In this document: piece after piece, positions 30,497 to 40,454 of the stretch
Layout of the letters: each line of letters begins with the position of its first letter
Position numbering within the stretch: the first letter of the stretch is position 1
From: Chitinispirillaceae bacterium
GTDB lineage: Bacteria > Fibrobacterota > Chitinivibrionia > Chitinivibrionales > Chitinispirillaceae
Assembly: GCA_016929595.1 (NCBI GenBank)
Contig: JAFGIN010000044.1
Span: 14,269-78,268 of the forward strand
DNA length: 64,000 bases
Reading direction: 5' to 3'
Position numbers and translations under genes: made by a program
Notes under the pieces: model-generated
What the model saw: only the letters and a program-made list of their open reading frames with translations
What the model was told of the DNA's origin: nothing
Databases searched by the model: none

Positions 30497-32229
30497 TGGA
30501 ACTGATATCAATTGTCATTCCAACTCATAACCGTTCGGCACAATTGGCTGCTTGTATTAATTCAATACTTTCGCAAGAAAACGCTCCTCCACCTCTGATT
30601 ATTGTTGTTGATGACGGTTCAATTGAAGTGCACGCCCGCTCTAACAGTGAATATTGTAAAAAAAATAATCTCATCTATATCTTTCTGCCGCAGTCAGTGG
30701 GTCTGGCAGCGGCAAGAAACCGCGGTATAGAAAGCTCAGACTCACATTGGATTGTATTTCTTGATGATAATGTCATTGTCGGGCAATCGTGGTTCCAACG
30801 AATTTCTGTACTACTTTCCACCTGCCCATCATCTCTGGCTGCAGTGGAAGTAAGAGTTGAACCATCCGATCAGATGAAGAACCTTTCAGGCGAAACATTT
30901 TTATCCTGCCACTTTGCTTGCCGGCGGGATCTACTGCTTGTTGAAAAGGGGTTTGACGAGCATTTCAAAGATCCCCATTGTATAGATCATGAACTTGCAG
31001 CTCGTCTGCTCGGTCATGGAGAGATCTTTTTTGCTGATGATATACATGTCACTCAACAGCAACGATCGTTTAGTCGCCTTAAATACCTTTTCTCAATCCG
31101 CAAAAAAATAAATATAGAGCTCCAGTCTGAATTTCGATTCTTCTCAAGGCACCCTGACCGTTATCATGCATTCAGAAAAAAAAGAACATTTCCGGGTACC
31201 GTTATATCACGTTGCTTATTCCCTATGATCCTTGAGCTCAGACGCAGGCCATTAAAACAAATAACTGAAAATATTCCCGATTGTATCCTGTTATGTATCA
31301 CAATCCTGTTCGAGCAGGTTTTTACCGTTTTCTGGGCAGCAAAACACCTATCACTTTTTTTCAACCCTCTCAGATCTTTTTTACACAATTATATTGAAGG
31401 CGACAGGACTCTGGCACTCTGGAAGATTACGGGTTCAGATCTGAAACCATTTACAATGAAAAGATGTTATATAAATGCAGCCACATTCCCGTTTTTTCGC
31501 CGTCCTGTTTACAATGCATACCATACACATAAAAAAATATCTTCAGGATCTCAACACAATGCATGTCAGATATTTGTTCGTATCGATGATCTTTTTTTTG
31601 ATGATACGGCAGCGATTGAACTCTTTTCAACCGTCATAAAAAAATTAAATATATCAGTAATGACAGCTGTTCGGGGAAATGATATTCTTAATGAAGAATA
31701 CCATCCTCTGCTTGAGAGACTTAAAGACTCGGGAATTTTTATTGGAATACATGGGTTTGTTCATGAAGGGACCTTTGGACCATTTGACAGTGAACTACTA
31801 CAAATGAAATACGGATCATTTGAAGCACAGATCTGTCTGGTTATCAGAACTCTGCATATATGGAAGCAAAAACATTCCATTCTTGTTCCGCCATTTAACG
31901 CTATCAACAGTTTGCAGATTGTACGCTGGTCAAAACTCTGCAGCATCATTTGCGGAGGCCCGGAAACAGCCCGATTTACCGGACAGGTGTATGGACCTGT
32001 TGCATTATCAGATGGAGGCTGGTATTTTCCTTCAGTACATCCGTTTTACGGAAATGCAGATGTCATGTTAAAAAATGGTGTTCCATCCATGATCGAAAAT
32101 CTCAAAGGTCCACTCTGTTTAACGATGCATTTTACGCAGGAAAGAAAAGATGGTTTTCGTTCCTTTACAAACCTGCTTGAGTGTATGCATCCACAAATTC
32201 ACTGTTGGGAAAAAACTAAAAACTGGTGA
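30496..32229 (+). CDS. Family-2 glycosyltransferase fused to a C-terminal polysaccharide-deacetylase-like (DUF2334-type) domain.
   Basis: N-terminal ISIVIPTHNRSAQLAACINSIL...VVDDGS. The C-terminal region (RIDDLFF...GIHGFVHE) resembles predicted deacetylase folds. Confidence 0.6.
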   Translation: MELISIVIPTHNRSAQLAACINSILSQENAPPPLIIVVDDGSIEVHARSNSEYCKKNNLIYIFLPQSVGLAAARNRGIESSDSHWIVFLDDNVIVGQSWFQRISVLLSTCPSSLAAVEVRVEPSDQMKNLSGETFLSCHFACRRDLLLVEKGFDEHFKDPHCIDHELAARLLGHGEIFFADDIHVTQQQRSFSRLKYLFSIRKKINIELQSEFRFFSRHPDRYHAFRKKRTFPGTVISRCLFPMILELRRRPLKQITENIPDCILLCITILFEQVFTVFWAAKHLSLFFNPLRSFLHNYIEGDRTLALWKITGSDLKPFTMKRCYINAATFPFFRRPVYNAYHTHKKISSGSQHNACQIFVRIDDLFFDDTAAIELFSTVIKKLNISVMTAVRGNDILNEEYHPLLERLKDSGIFIGIHGFVHEGTFGPFDSELLQMKYGSFEAQICLVIRTLHIWKQKHSILVPPFNAINSLQIVRWSKLCSIICGGPETARFTGQVYGPVALSDGGWYFPSVHPFYGNADVMLKNGVPSMIENLKGPLCLTMHFTQERKDGFRSFTNLLECMHPQIHCWEKTKNW

Positions 32230-32239
32230 GGTGCGTTGT

Positions 32240-33319
32240 ATGAAAATCTGGTTTGCAGCAGCAATTCCTCCCGATGCCAATGGCGGAGTCGCGCGTTCTG
32301 TCTGTGAACTGTCGACCAATCTCCGTAAGCGGGGTCATAAGGTTAAAGTTATTTTCGCAAACCATACATTAACCGAAAATTACATCCTGTTCTCTTTAAA
32401 AAATGCTATCATTCTCCTGTTTCATCTGTTTTCACCACCACAATGGGTGATCGCACGTTCTACCGATGGATTTTTTGCACTGGTTCTGGCACGATTACTG
32501 AGAATGAAAGTCCGTTTCGCCCTTCATAACCATGGATGGGAACAGAAGGTCTACGAACTGGAATCGACATTGCCGCGTGCAAAAGTTTCGAATCCAACAA
32601 CCTATAAAGCACATCTGCTGCGTTTTCCGCTTCTGCGTATCAATGCAATGCTTGCCGATGTCTGCATAAGCGGTACATTTGATGAAACACGCTGGCTGAA
32701 AAAACGGTCATTTACAAAGAAAGCTTCACTCGTTACTGTACCAAACGGCATACACCCGACAGAAAAAGCCTTCTGGCCACATCAAAAAGTAATTCCACCT
32801 TTTTTTCTGACAGTCGGGGCTTTTACTTGGAAGAAAAACCTCGAGTATGCCATAGGACTGTTTACAGAAATTTACAACGCATTTCCAGCCGCGCGAATGT
32901 TTTGTGTCGGAACAGATTCCTCCCACGATTCAATACAGATAACATCAAATGCAGTTCATGCTATCACTTTTATCAATAAAGAAACTCCGGAGAGAATTTT
33001 CCGCTGGTATGAAGAGTGCCCGTTTCTGCTTTCAACATCACGGTACGAGGGGGGCAGATCATTTGCAATTCTCGAAGCCCAGAGCCGTGGTATGATCGCA
33101 TGCTCCGTAAATATTCCATCATCAGGAGAGCAGATATGTCATAATCATTCAGGACTGCTTCTCGATGGCATCTCAATCGAATCTGATGCCAAAGTTGTTG
33201 TTGACTGCTTATCAGATGAAAATCTGATGCGCACAATTGGATTAAACGCATGGAAAAAAGCTCTTCGATGCAGATGGGATCGTCAGGTCGGGAGACTTGA
33301 GAGAGTTTTGAATACGTAA
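32240..33319 (+). CDS. Glycosyltransferase family 1 (GT4-like).
   Basis: STSRYEGGRSFAILEAQSRGMIACSVNIPSSGEQI. The start is placed at ATG 32240, just after the upstream stop. Confidence 0.75.
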   Translation: MKIWFAAAIPPDANGGVARSVCELSTNLRKRGHKVKVIFANHTLTENYILFSLKNAIILLFHLFSPPQWVIARSTDGFFALVLARLLRMKVRFALHNHGWEQKVYELESTLPRAKVSNPTTYKAHLLRFPLLRINAMLADVCISGTFDETRWLKKRSFTKKASLVTVPNGIHPTEKAFWPHQKVIPPFFLTVGAFTWKKNLEYAIGLFTEIYNAFPAARMFCVGTDSSHDSIQITSNAVHAITFINKETPERIFRWYEECPFLLSTSRYEGGRSFAILEAQSRGMIACSVNIPSSGEQICHNHSGLLLDGISIESDAKVVVDCLSDENLMRTIGLNAWKKALRCRWDRQVGRLERVLNT

Positions 33320-33330
33320 CAATTGTACAT

Positions 33331-33350
33331 ACCTGCAAACCATTGCAGGT
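33331..33350. terminator. Hairpin (8 bp stem acctgcaa / ttgcaggt, 4 nt loop) between convergent genes. Candidate bidirectional terminator.
   Basis: acctgcaaaccattgcaggt lies between the + strand GT1 stop (33319) and the - strand FMN-bind gene stop (33376). Confidence 0.4.
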
Positions 33351-33375
33351 AACAATGATTACAATCCGCTATTTC

Positions 33376-33765
33376 TTATTTTGCTGAAGATAGCGCTTTT
33401 TCAAGAGCGATAAGTATGCACCTACTGCTCCCTGTTGCTCCGGTTCTGGCATCTATCTGTAAAGATTGTTCTTTAAGTATCCGGTCGATAACCTGCCTGC
33501 CTTCATACCCTTTTCCGCAGCTTTGCCTGAGAATCGAAATATCCTCGATTTTGTGGTCTTTAACCTTTGCCGACAATTCTACAGATACAACAAATGATGA
33601 ATACTTTCCCGTATAGGCACCGTCCGGAATTGTGTTCATGTCAATATTTTTCAGTGAATATCCGGTTAGATCTTTGCTCATCTGACCAAACTTGTATTTT
33701 ATTGTAATTCCACCTGCCAGAATTACCAGAACAATCACTCCTGCAATTACTAACAACTTCTTCAT
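33376..33765 (-). CDS. Small membrane-anchored FMN-binding-domain protein.
   Basis: An N-terminal TM, then IDARTGATGSSRCILIALEKAL, which matches the FMN_bind motif (NqrC/RnfG/NosR-type). Confidence 0.6.
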   Translation of the reverse strand: MKKLLVIAGVIVLVILAGGITIKYKFGQMSKDLTGYSLKNIDMNTIPDGAYTGKYSSFVVSVELSAKVKDHKIEDISILRQSCGKGYEGRQVIDRILKEQSLQIDARTGATGSSRCILIALEKALSSAK

Positions 33766-33859
33766 AGTACCTCCATACCAGGGTTAATTAAAATCAGGAT
33801 AAATTGCATAACATTCACAAGAAAATTTATATATATCAATCAAGCGGACAGAACTTACA

Positions 33860-35203
33860 CTAGAAAGCGATTCCTGTATACACATTAAACGACATCCTGT
33901 TCCCAAGGAATGTGTATTCTGTATTATCAGGACCAACATTTGCGACTACCTCAAGTCCAAGAAAGTAGTTATGCATATTCCGGTAACTCAAACCAGTGAT
34001 TATCATACCACAACCATGATTTATGTTGACAATACCAGTGAGACTGAGCGACATATCACTTATGATAAATCTGGATACCATTGCAGATAATGCAGCGTAA
34101 TGCCTTGAGTGATTATTAAATTCGTAAAGCTCTGCTATATTATTGACAAAAACATTACTGTCACCCTGTTCAATACCCCCTCCCGTGGTCATAGAATAAA
34201 TAAAATCCCCAACCCCGTATTCTTTTATAACATTATCATCATATCCGGCCTGGTTATAATAATACTCAGCATGCACCATCAATCGATCATCGACATCAAG
34301 CAGATCTATAAATCTTGTTGCCCCTAAACATAATCGAGCTACAACATCCTGATCCATAGCTTCTTTGGCCGGTTGTTTTCCAGTGTCAAAACTTTTCAAA
34401 AGCAGGTAATTAACTCCACTGGTCAAACTAACCTCACCGGTAATGCTGAAATCAAAAAGTGTAGTTGAAAAATCGAGTCCGAAAATCGGGTCTCTTCCGG
34501 ATTTTTTCCAGAGTGCAATCGCAGCCTCCGTACCACCAATCAGGGTTTCAAGCTTTACAGTCCCGGCCACACTGTCAACAGCCGAAACATCGTTCAAATC
34601 AACAAACCCGTATATGTTCCACTTTGTCCCGAATGGAACATGCATTTTTAATCCATATGACCCTTCGCGTGCTCCAAGATCTATCTGAATCGGTTTTTTC
34701 TCTACATTTATAAGATCGGTCGGATTCCATATCTCCCCTCTCCCCCACTGCAGTACCTGCTTTCCTATACGGAAGTATGCTCTTTTTGCAATGTTAACAT
34801 CAATGAAGTATTCCTGAAGCTGCATATAGGCTTTATTGCTGTCAGCGAGCCATGTAATCTCAGTATTTCCAAACCCTTTGATACCAAGAGGCAGCCTCAC
34901 ATCAAGCATCAGGTTTCCAATGGTCATAGCAACCGGATCAATCTCATTTTTACCTCTTTCACTGAAAAAACCATCACTGAATGCAGCGCCGACCGAACTT
35001 GAAATCTGTCCAGAAAATGACACTGTGGCTGAATCAACATTTTCAAACGATGATGCAGGCTTCACCACCAATGCACTGTCCTGCATCATAGATGTGTCGC
35101 TAAACATCTCATCTTCACTCATATTAAAGAGATCCTCATTTTCTGAATAAAGATTTACACTTGCAAATACAATCACCACCAGGACACCAATTAGATTTTT
35201 CAT
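33860..35203 (-). CDS. Putative outer-membrane beta-barrel protein.
   Basis: Signal peptide (LIGVLVVIVFASVNLYS), beta-rich sequence, and a C-terminal aromatic residue (...GIAF). Confidence 0.5.
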   Translation of the reverse strand: MKNLIGVLVVIVFASVNLYSENEDLFNMSEDEMFSDTSMMQDSALVVKPASSFENVDSATVSFSGQISSSVGAAFSDGFFSERGKNEIDPVAMTIGNLMLDVRLPLGIKGFGNTEITWLADSNKAYMQLQEYFIDVNIAKRAYFRIGKQVLQWGRGEIWNPTDLINVEKKPIQIDLGAREGSYGLKMHVPFGTKWNIYGFVDLNDVSAVDSVAGTVKLETLIGGTEAAIALWKKSGRDPIFGLDFSTTLFDFSITGEVSLTSGVNYLLLKSFDTGKQPAKEAMDQDVVARLCLGATRFIDLLDVDDRLMVHAEYYYNQAGYDDNVIKEYGVGDFIYSMTTGGGIEQGDSNVFVNNIAELYEFNNHSRHYAALSAMVSRFIISDMSLSLTGIVNINHGCGMIITGLSYRNMHNYFLGLEVVANVGPDNTEYTFLGNRMSFNVYTGIAF

Positions 35204-36021
35204 TTACTGAGGTTCTCCAGATAAGCCTTTGTAAAAATGTCGTTGCTGAGTTTATCGGTGGAAATTCCCGAAATTTCAAGGATCGTCTTGTTTCCCTTTT
35301 CAAATTCATCGACAATGAGTGTTTTTACCGGAACAAGACGTTCTTTAATTTCGGTAAACGTCAGGTAATATAACGTCTGCATCAACGTTCCCGACGAGGA
35401 ATACGAAGCTTCCTTGAGCAGCACCGGCTTATCTTTGCGGATCCAGTATATTTTTTTAGGATAATCGACATCGTTTACTTTTGCAATCACTTCAAAACGC
35501 CATACAGAAAATTTTCCAAGCATCTCTTCAGAGATCATCTCATTACCCGCCGAATCTTTTACGGGTGCATACATTTCGGTAAGCAGGCGACCCTCGAAAT
35601 CATCTCCTTGTGCATCAGATCCGCCGATACTTTCATCCCTGTTGATATGCTGAAAGGTGCGTGTATTCTTACGGTACATCCAGAAATTGTCACCAACACG
35701 AAGATACCCATTGCCCTTCTCTGCTTCAGGACCGGTCATTATGATCAAAAATGATTCATCGCTGTCGCGGCGATAATAGTTCATCTCAAGCTTTTTAGTA
35801 CCCTGATTCACCTTCTGCTGTGTCAGATGCACTACAGCCCTGATATCAGAAACCTGCCTGTAAAGATCGTCATATCCACTAAGCAACGAATCGATCTTCG
35901 GTGCCCCGAAGGCCACGGTCCCTACCAGAAGTATACAACCCAATATACGTAACATTATTCCTCCTTGTATTTTTCTATTCAAAATGACGCAGTGCCTCGG
36001 CAGCCGAAAGTTTCGCGGCAT
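35200..36021 (-). CDS. Outer membrane lipoprotein-sorting (LolA-like, PF17131-type) protein.
   Basis: GYLRVGDNFWMYRKNTRTFQHINRDESIGGSDAQGDDF matches the LolA_like family core. It is adjacent to the FtsX/ABC genes. Confidence 0.65.
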   Translation of the reverse strand: MPRNFRLPRHCVILNRKIQGGIMLRILGCILLVGTVAFGAPKIDSLLSGYDDLYRQVSDIRAVVHLTQQKVNQGTKKLEMNYYRRDSDESFLIIMTGPEAEKGNGYLRVGDNFWMYRKNTRTFQHINRDESIGGSDAQGDDFEGRLLTEMYAPVKDSAGNEMISEEMLGKFSVWRFEVIAKVNDVDYPKKIYWIRKDKPVLLKEASYSSSGTLMQTLYYLTFTEIKERLVPVKTLIVDEFEKGNKTILEISGISTDKLSNDIFTKAYLENLSK

Positions 36022-37747
36022 GACGTGCCGGGAAATATGCGGTTACAACCGCGATACCAACAATGAGCATGATGAAAAAACAAACTGCAAGCACTGTTGG
36101 CGCAAAAAAGATATGTCCATCTACCAGCAGCATTCCAAGCGGGTTCGCGTCTGTTTTAAATGTCAACTGTGACAATCCAAACATAGTAACAAAAGCCAGC
36201 GCTGTCCCCGATAGTGCTGAGATAAGCGCAAGAAGTCCTGTTTCAATTAGAAATGAATTGCGTACATCAACACACTGCATACCGATTGCCCTGATTGTTC
36301 CGATCTCACGGGTCCTCTCACGGATAGTCATCCGTAATGTATTGACAACGCCGATCAAAATGATAAAAAACAACACCATGACACATGCGGCTGTGATCAT
36401 ATTGAGCGCGTATTCAAGGTTGAGCACCATGCTTGCAGTCTCATACATCGACCCTACATCAACGACAATCGCTTTCCACCCCTTCTGCGCAATTTCACGA
36501 TAGAGCTTCATAACGTCCCGGGTTGTTCGTGATCGCGGGGCAAGCAACCACTCACCACCAAACGCTTTATAGATACCAATCTCAGTATCAGGGCGAAATG
36601 GTCCATTTACTGCGACAGTTGATTTCGGCCAGACATCGTAAAATGTTTTATAGAAATCTCTCTCATTAACAAGTACTACCTGCCCGTCGATACCGCTGCC
36701 CGCAGCGGCAATAGCTGTCACAATCAGACGCGCTCCTCCCGGCTCATCACCGAATTTCCCCTCATACGAAATAGTGCATGTGTCATCCGGCTGCAGCCCG
36801 GTAATCTTTGAAAGCGATTCTGAGATGATAACGGCTTTCTTTGGATTCACGCTATCTGCAGCAGTGCGGGCTGAAAACTTCATCGCCGAATCGACAAGCG
36901 CCAGTGATGCGGAGTCGGTCCGTAATGAAAGCAGGGTTACTTCGACCCCGGAGCCATGAACGGAAAGTTGTCCATCGATTACTGCAAGCGGTGGATTCAA
37001 ACCGGCATGAAGTGAATCCGCAAACCGCTTGGCATCCTTTCTGGGATTTTCGATAGACAGATATAATTGAGGAACATCGTTTGAACTGTATCCAAGCAGT
37101 CTTTTCACAGTCTTAATATGCAGGTATACCGGAGCAGCCATAAACACGTTCGATGGTTTCATGATACAAACGATTGTCAGCCGCGCAGCCTGTGTCTGAC
37201 CACGAATATCGGTAAACCTGACCCGCACAACATCGTGCAGCTTGACATTAAGCGTCTTCGCTTTCTCCTGCGCCAGACAGACCGGATTCTCTACGGTCGT
37301 GTCGGCAAGATCAGCGAAATGTCCTTCAAGTTCCTTAAAGTTTTTCGCGAGCTTTTCAGCCTCTTTTTCGTCAACTCCATCACCTGAAGGATCCATCCCG
37401 ACCAGAATCACATTATCAGCCTTAGCGTTGCCTATCGCCCGGGCAAAAACCCCGATTGCCTCATCAACTCTCTTGACATTAGGCACTCTTTTATTGATTA
37501 TTTCCCGTATCCTCGCTCCATCGTGAAACACCTGGTTGTTGGCATTACCGCCTTTTGTAAATGAGACACTCACATGACCGGAGACATACGACACTATCTC
37601 ATTGAACAATACTTCCGAAATCCCGTGCGCGAATGCATTAGCGAGCACCAGAACTGCGGTACCGATTGCTATGGCTGAACCAAGCAGAATGCTCCGCCGC
37701 CGTTGCCTGAAAAGATTTCTTATACTGATAGTAAATAAAAAGTTCAT
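35975..37747 (-). CDS. ABC transporter permease, FtsX/MacB family.
   Basis: An N-terminal TM, a large periplasmic MacB-like domain, and a C-terminal FtsX four-helix region. Confidence 0.75.
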   Translation of the reverse strand: MNFLFTISIRNLFRQRRRSILLGSAIAIGTAVLVLANAFAHGISEVLFNEIVSYVSGHVSVSFTKGGNANNQVFHDGARIREIINKRVPNVKRVDEAIGVFARAIGNAKADNVILVGMDPSGDGVDEKEAEKLAKNFKELEGHFADLADTTVENPVCLAQEKAKTLNVKLHDVVRVRFTDIRGQTQAARLTIVCIMKPSNVFMAAPVYLHIKTVKRLLGYSSNDVPQLYLSIENPRKDAKRFADSLHAGLNPPLAVIDGQLSVHGSGVEVTLLSLRTDSASLALVDSAMKFSARTAADSVNPKKAVIISESLSKITGLQPDDTCTISYEGKFGDEPGGARLIVTAIAAAGSGIDGQVVLVNERDFYKTFYDVWPKSTVAVNGPFRPDTEIGIYKAFGGEWLLAPRSRTTRDVMKLYREIAQKGWKAIVVDVGSMYETASMVLNLEYALNMITAACVMVLFFIILIGVVNTLRMTIRERTREIGTIRAIGMQCVDVRNSFLIETGLLALISALSGTALAFVTMFGLSQLTFKTDANPLGMLLVDGHIFFAPTVLAVCFFIMLIVGIAVVTAYFPARHAAKLSAAEALRHFE

Positions 37748-37765
37748 AGTTTTTTCCTCTCCGGC

Positions 37766-39307
37766 CTATTCTCTCGCAATCGCATCAAGCGGGGTGATTG
37801 AACGGGCAACCAGCATTGGATAAATTACAGCGATAAGTGTCACAATCGACAGAAGTATGATACTGATAATGATGTCCCAGCCTGACAAAAACGGATGAAA
37901 CAGATCACCGCCATAGAGTAATTGCACCATATCATTTTCGGATGTAAATTTACATATTGCTAACATTTTAACTATAAGATATCCGGCAATAATTCCAAGA
38001 CCTCCAAAGAAAAACGAGAGCAGCGCGGTCTCACCGAAAAACATCGTCGAAATAAACCCTTTACGAGCACCCACAGCACGCATCATACCGATTTCAGATG
38101 TACGTTCGAGGGCTGCCATACTCAGCGTATTTACGATAATGATAATCGCAACAAAAAACAGAAATCCAACAAACATGATTAATGCCATTCTGATCAGCAC
38201 CGCCATACTGCCAATCGTCCCGATTGCCTTTTTCCATGTAACCGCACGAACACCTGTACCAGCTGCTTTAAGATGTTTATTGACTATACTTACTTTAGCA
38301 TCAAGGTTGGAATGATTTTCAAGTCGTACAAGCACCAGATTATATGTGCCAACATCCAGATCTGTCTGATTCTGTTCTTTACCGGACACTATTGCATCCT
38401 CACCCGGTTGATCCAGGTCATTATGGTGCTCTGAGTTCACAACAGTCTCACCCGCATCAATCGAAAACAGATTATCGAGATCAGTCTCATCTCCATCAAG
38501 CAGTTGTTTCTCATCATCGGAAAGGACCAACGTTGCCCGATCCTGTGCGGAAATGTATCCTTGACAGGTTCGATACGACTCGATATCCACCAGGGCGAAA
38601 TTGCCCCATAGCTGATTAAGCGCATTATATTTAACGATCCCCTTAACACCAGCTCTGATATCGGTGCTTGTATTGTCGGCACCCATCCCCATAAAAACAA
38701 TATTATCTTTTGCAAGAAGGTTTTGCCACATGGCTTTCGCCTCGGGAAACATCTGTGAAGTGTCAGCTTCACACCCTTCTGGCACAAACCAGATGTTCGA
38801 AACCTCAAACATCTGCTTTCGTGCTCCAGTGGGTACAAGAACACCCGCTTCGCCAGGTGACAGCAACTTACCCTCTACCGCTTTCATGGTATTTGGGAAT
38901 ACCTTGCGATAACGCTTAAAGTCGACACCGATTAAATAAGTAAAACCCGGAGATCCACCTTCTTCATTGAGCACCATAGCCCCATTTTTACCGATAGGAA
39001 CCCACGCCCTAAGTTCTGGAATGGTTTTTAGAACCGAATCGATCTTCTTGAAATCGTTAATCTGTTCTATGGTCTTTCCCATCATGTCGATGAACACCTC
39101 ATCCGATTCCTGCTTTTCAGGCACGAGCACAATATCACCTGTAAATCCGTTGATAATATTTTCCTGCATCCCCTGATCCATCCCGGAAATGACGCCATTA
39201 CCCACAGTCATGAGCAGTGCGCCTACAAACAGTATCACACCGATCACCAGGCTCTTCCCCCGATGCCTCATGATGTTTCTCCATGCGATTTTTATGATAA
39301 GATTCAT
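37766..39307 (-). CDS. ABC transporter permease, FtsX/MacB family (second copy).
   Basis: The same architecture as the previous permease, with the C-terminal FtsX domain LERTSEIGMMRAVGARKG. Confidence 0.75.
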   Translation of the reverse strand: MNLIIKIAWRNIMRHRGKSLVIGVILFVGALLMTVGNGVISGMDQGMQENIINGFTGDIVLVPEKQESDEVFIDMMGKTIEQINDFKKIDSVLKTIPELRAWVPIGKNGAMVLNEEGGSPGFTYLIGVDFKRYRKVFPNTMKAVEGKLLSPGEAGVLVPTGARKQMFEVSNIWFVPEGCEADTSQMFPEAKAMWQNLLAKDNIVFMGMGADNTSTDIRAGVKGIVKYNALNQLWGNFALVDIESYRTCQGYISAQDRATLVLSDDEKQLLDGDETDLDNLFSIDAGETVVNSEHHNDLDQPGEDAIVSGKEQNQTDLDVGTYNLVLVRLENHSNLDAKVSIVNKHLKAAGTGVRAVTWKKAIGTIGSMAVLIRMALIMFVGFLFFVAIIIIVNTLSMAALERTSEIGMMRAVGARKGFISTMFFGETALLSFFFGGLGIIAGYLIVKMLAICKFTSENDMVQLLYGGDLFHPFLSGWDIIISIILLSIVTLIAVIYPMLVARSITPLDAIARE

Positions 39308-39310
39308 CGG

Positions 39311-39991
39311 TTACGCCTCTTTCACAATAAGGCCGTCACGAATTTTGACAACACTTCTGGCATATTTGAGAACATTCGCATCATGCGTTGAAAAAATGAA
39401 GGTTGTGTTTTCAATACGGTTCATCTCCTTCATCAGATTGAGAATCTGCTCACCGGTCACAGAATCGAGATTCGCAGTGGGCTCGTCAGCAAGTACGATG
39501 TCGGGATTGGTAACAAGAGCCCGTGCAATCGCGACGCGCTGTCTTTGCCCACCCGAAAGTTCCGCCGGACGGTGTTTTATATATTCCCTGAGGCCAACTT
39601 CTTCAATGAGTTTTTCGGCTCTTTTCCTTATGTCCTGCTTCGACAACTTCCGCATGAGTAGAAGAGGGAACTCTACATTTTCGAGCGTATCAAGTACCGG
39701 AATAAGATTGAAGGTTTGAAATATGAACCCGATATGATGAAGGCGCATGGAAGTAATTTCCCGATCGTTAAGTTTTGTAATCTCACGGCCGCTTACCTTG
39801 ACACTACCCTCAGTGGCATTATCTATACACCCAATCACATTGAGCAGCGTTGTTTTTCCACTTCCTGAGGGCCCAATGATGCTCATGAAATCACCTTTGG
39901 CAATAGTGAGATCAACACCCCGAAGTGCATGTACTGTGGTAGAACCTAAAGCATAGTTCTTTTTTAACCCTTTAATATCTATAATATCCAT
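39311..39991 (-). CDS. ABC transporter ATP-binding protein (LolD/MacB-type).
   Basis: GPSGSGKTTLLNVIG, LSGGQRQRVAIARAL and IVLADEPT. Confidence 0.85.
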   Translation of the reverse strand: MDIIDIKGLKKNYALGSTTVHALRGVDLTIAKGDFMSIIGPSGSGKTTLLNVIGCIDNATEGSVKVSGREITKLNDREITSMRLHHIGFIFQTFNLIPVLDTLENVEFPLLLMRKLSKQDIRKRAEKLIEEVGLREYIKHRPAELSGGQRQRVAIARALVTNPDIVLADEPTANLDSVTGEQILNLMKEMNRIENTTFIFSTHDANVLKYARSVVKIRDGLIVKEA

Positions 39992-40380
39992 CGTGCCTCC
40001 TTCAACGGCAGTAACGCTTGATTTACTGATTTTCCTTCATTAAAAGTACTCAGACGTTTCAAAAACAGTTTTATTGCAACAACCTTACTAAGCATAAGGT
40101 CTGCTCCGTAGTATCGAATTTATGGAATCTTTTGTCCTACAAGAGATAGTGAATAAGAAACGGCCATCTATCCTATTGGTGCCACTTAATATACATTTAT
40201 GCAGCAGTTTCTTACAACAGCCGTTCTGTTACCTGAATGTGTCCATTTTTCGATCGGGATGCGTTTCAATATCAGAAACAAAATTATGTATCTCTTGCCA
40301 CTGCAGGTACAACTGTCAGGTGAAAGGTGTGAAATTCCACAGATGAGTGGTTATTCTGTTCTTTTTGCAGATGGAGAAAT

Positions 40381-40400
40381 CTGTTGTTTAAAAACAACAG
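40381..40400. promoter_or_regulatory. Perfect 9+9 bp inverted repeat (ctgttgttt aa aaacaacag), 55 bp upstream of gene 40455. Candidate operator.
   Basis: Direct reading. It sits in the divergent promoter region between the ABC ATPase (minus strand) and the hypothetical gene (plus strand). Confidence 0.4.
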
Positions 40401-40454
40401 TTCAACTACATATACATCTTTTTTAAAAATCCAAAACGATATATTATTATGTAG

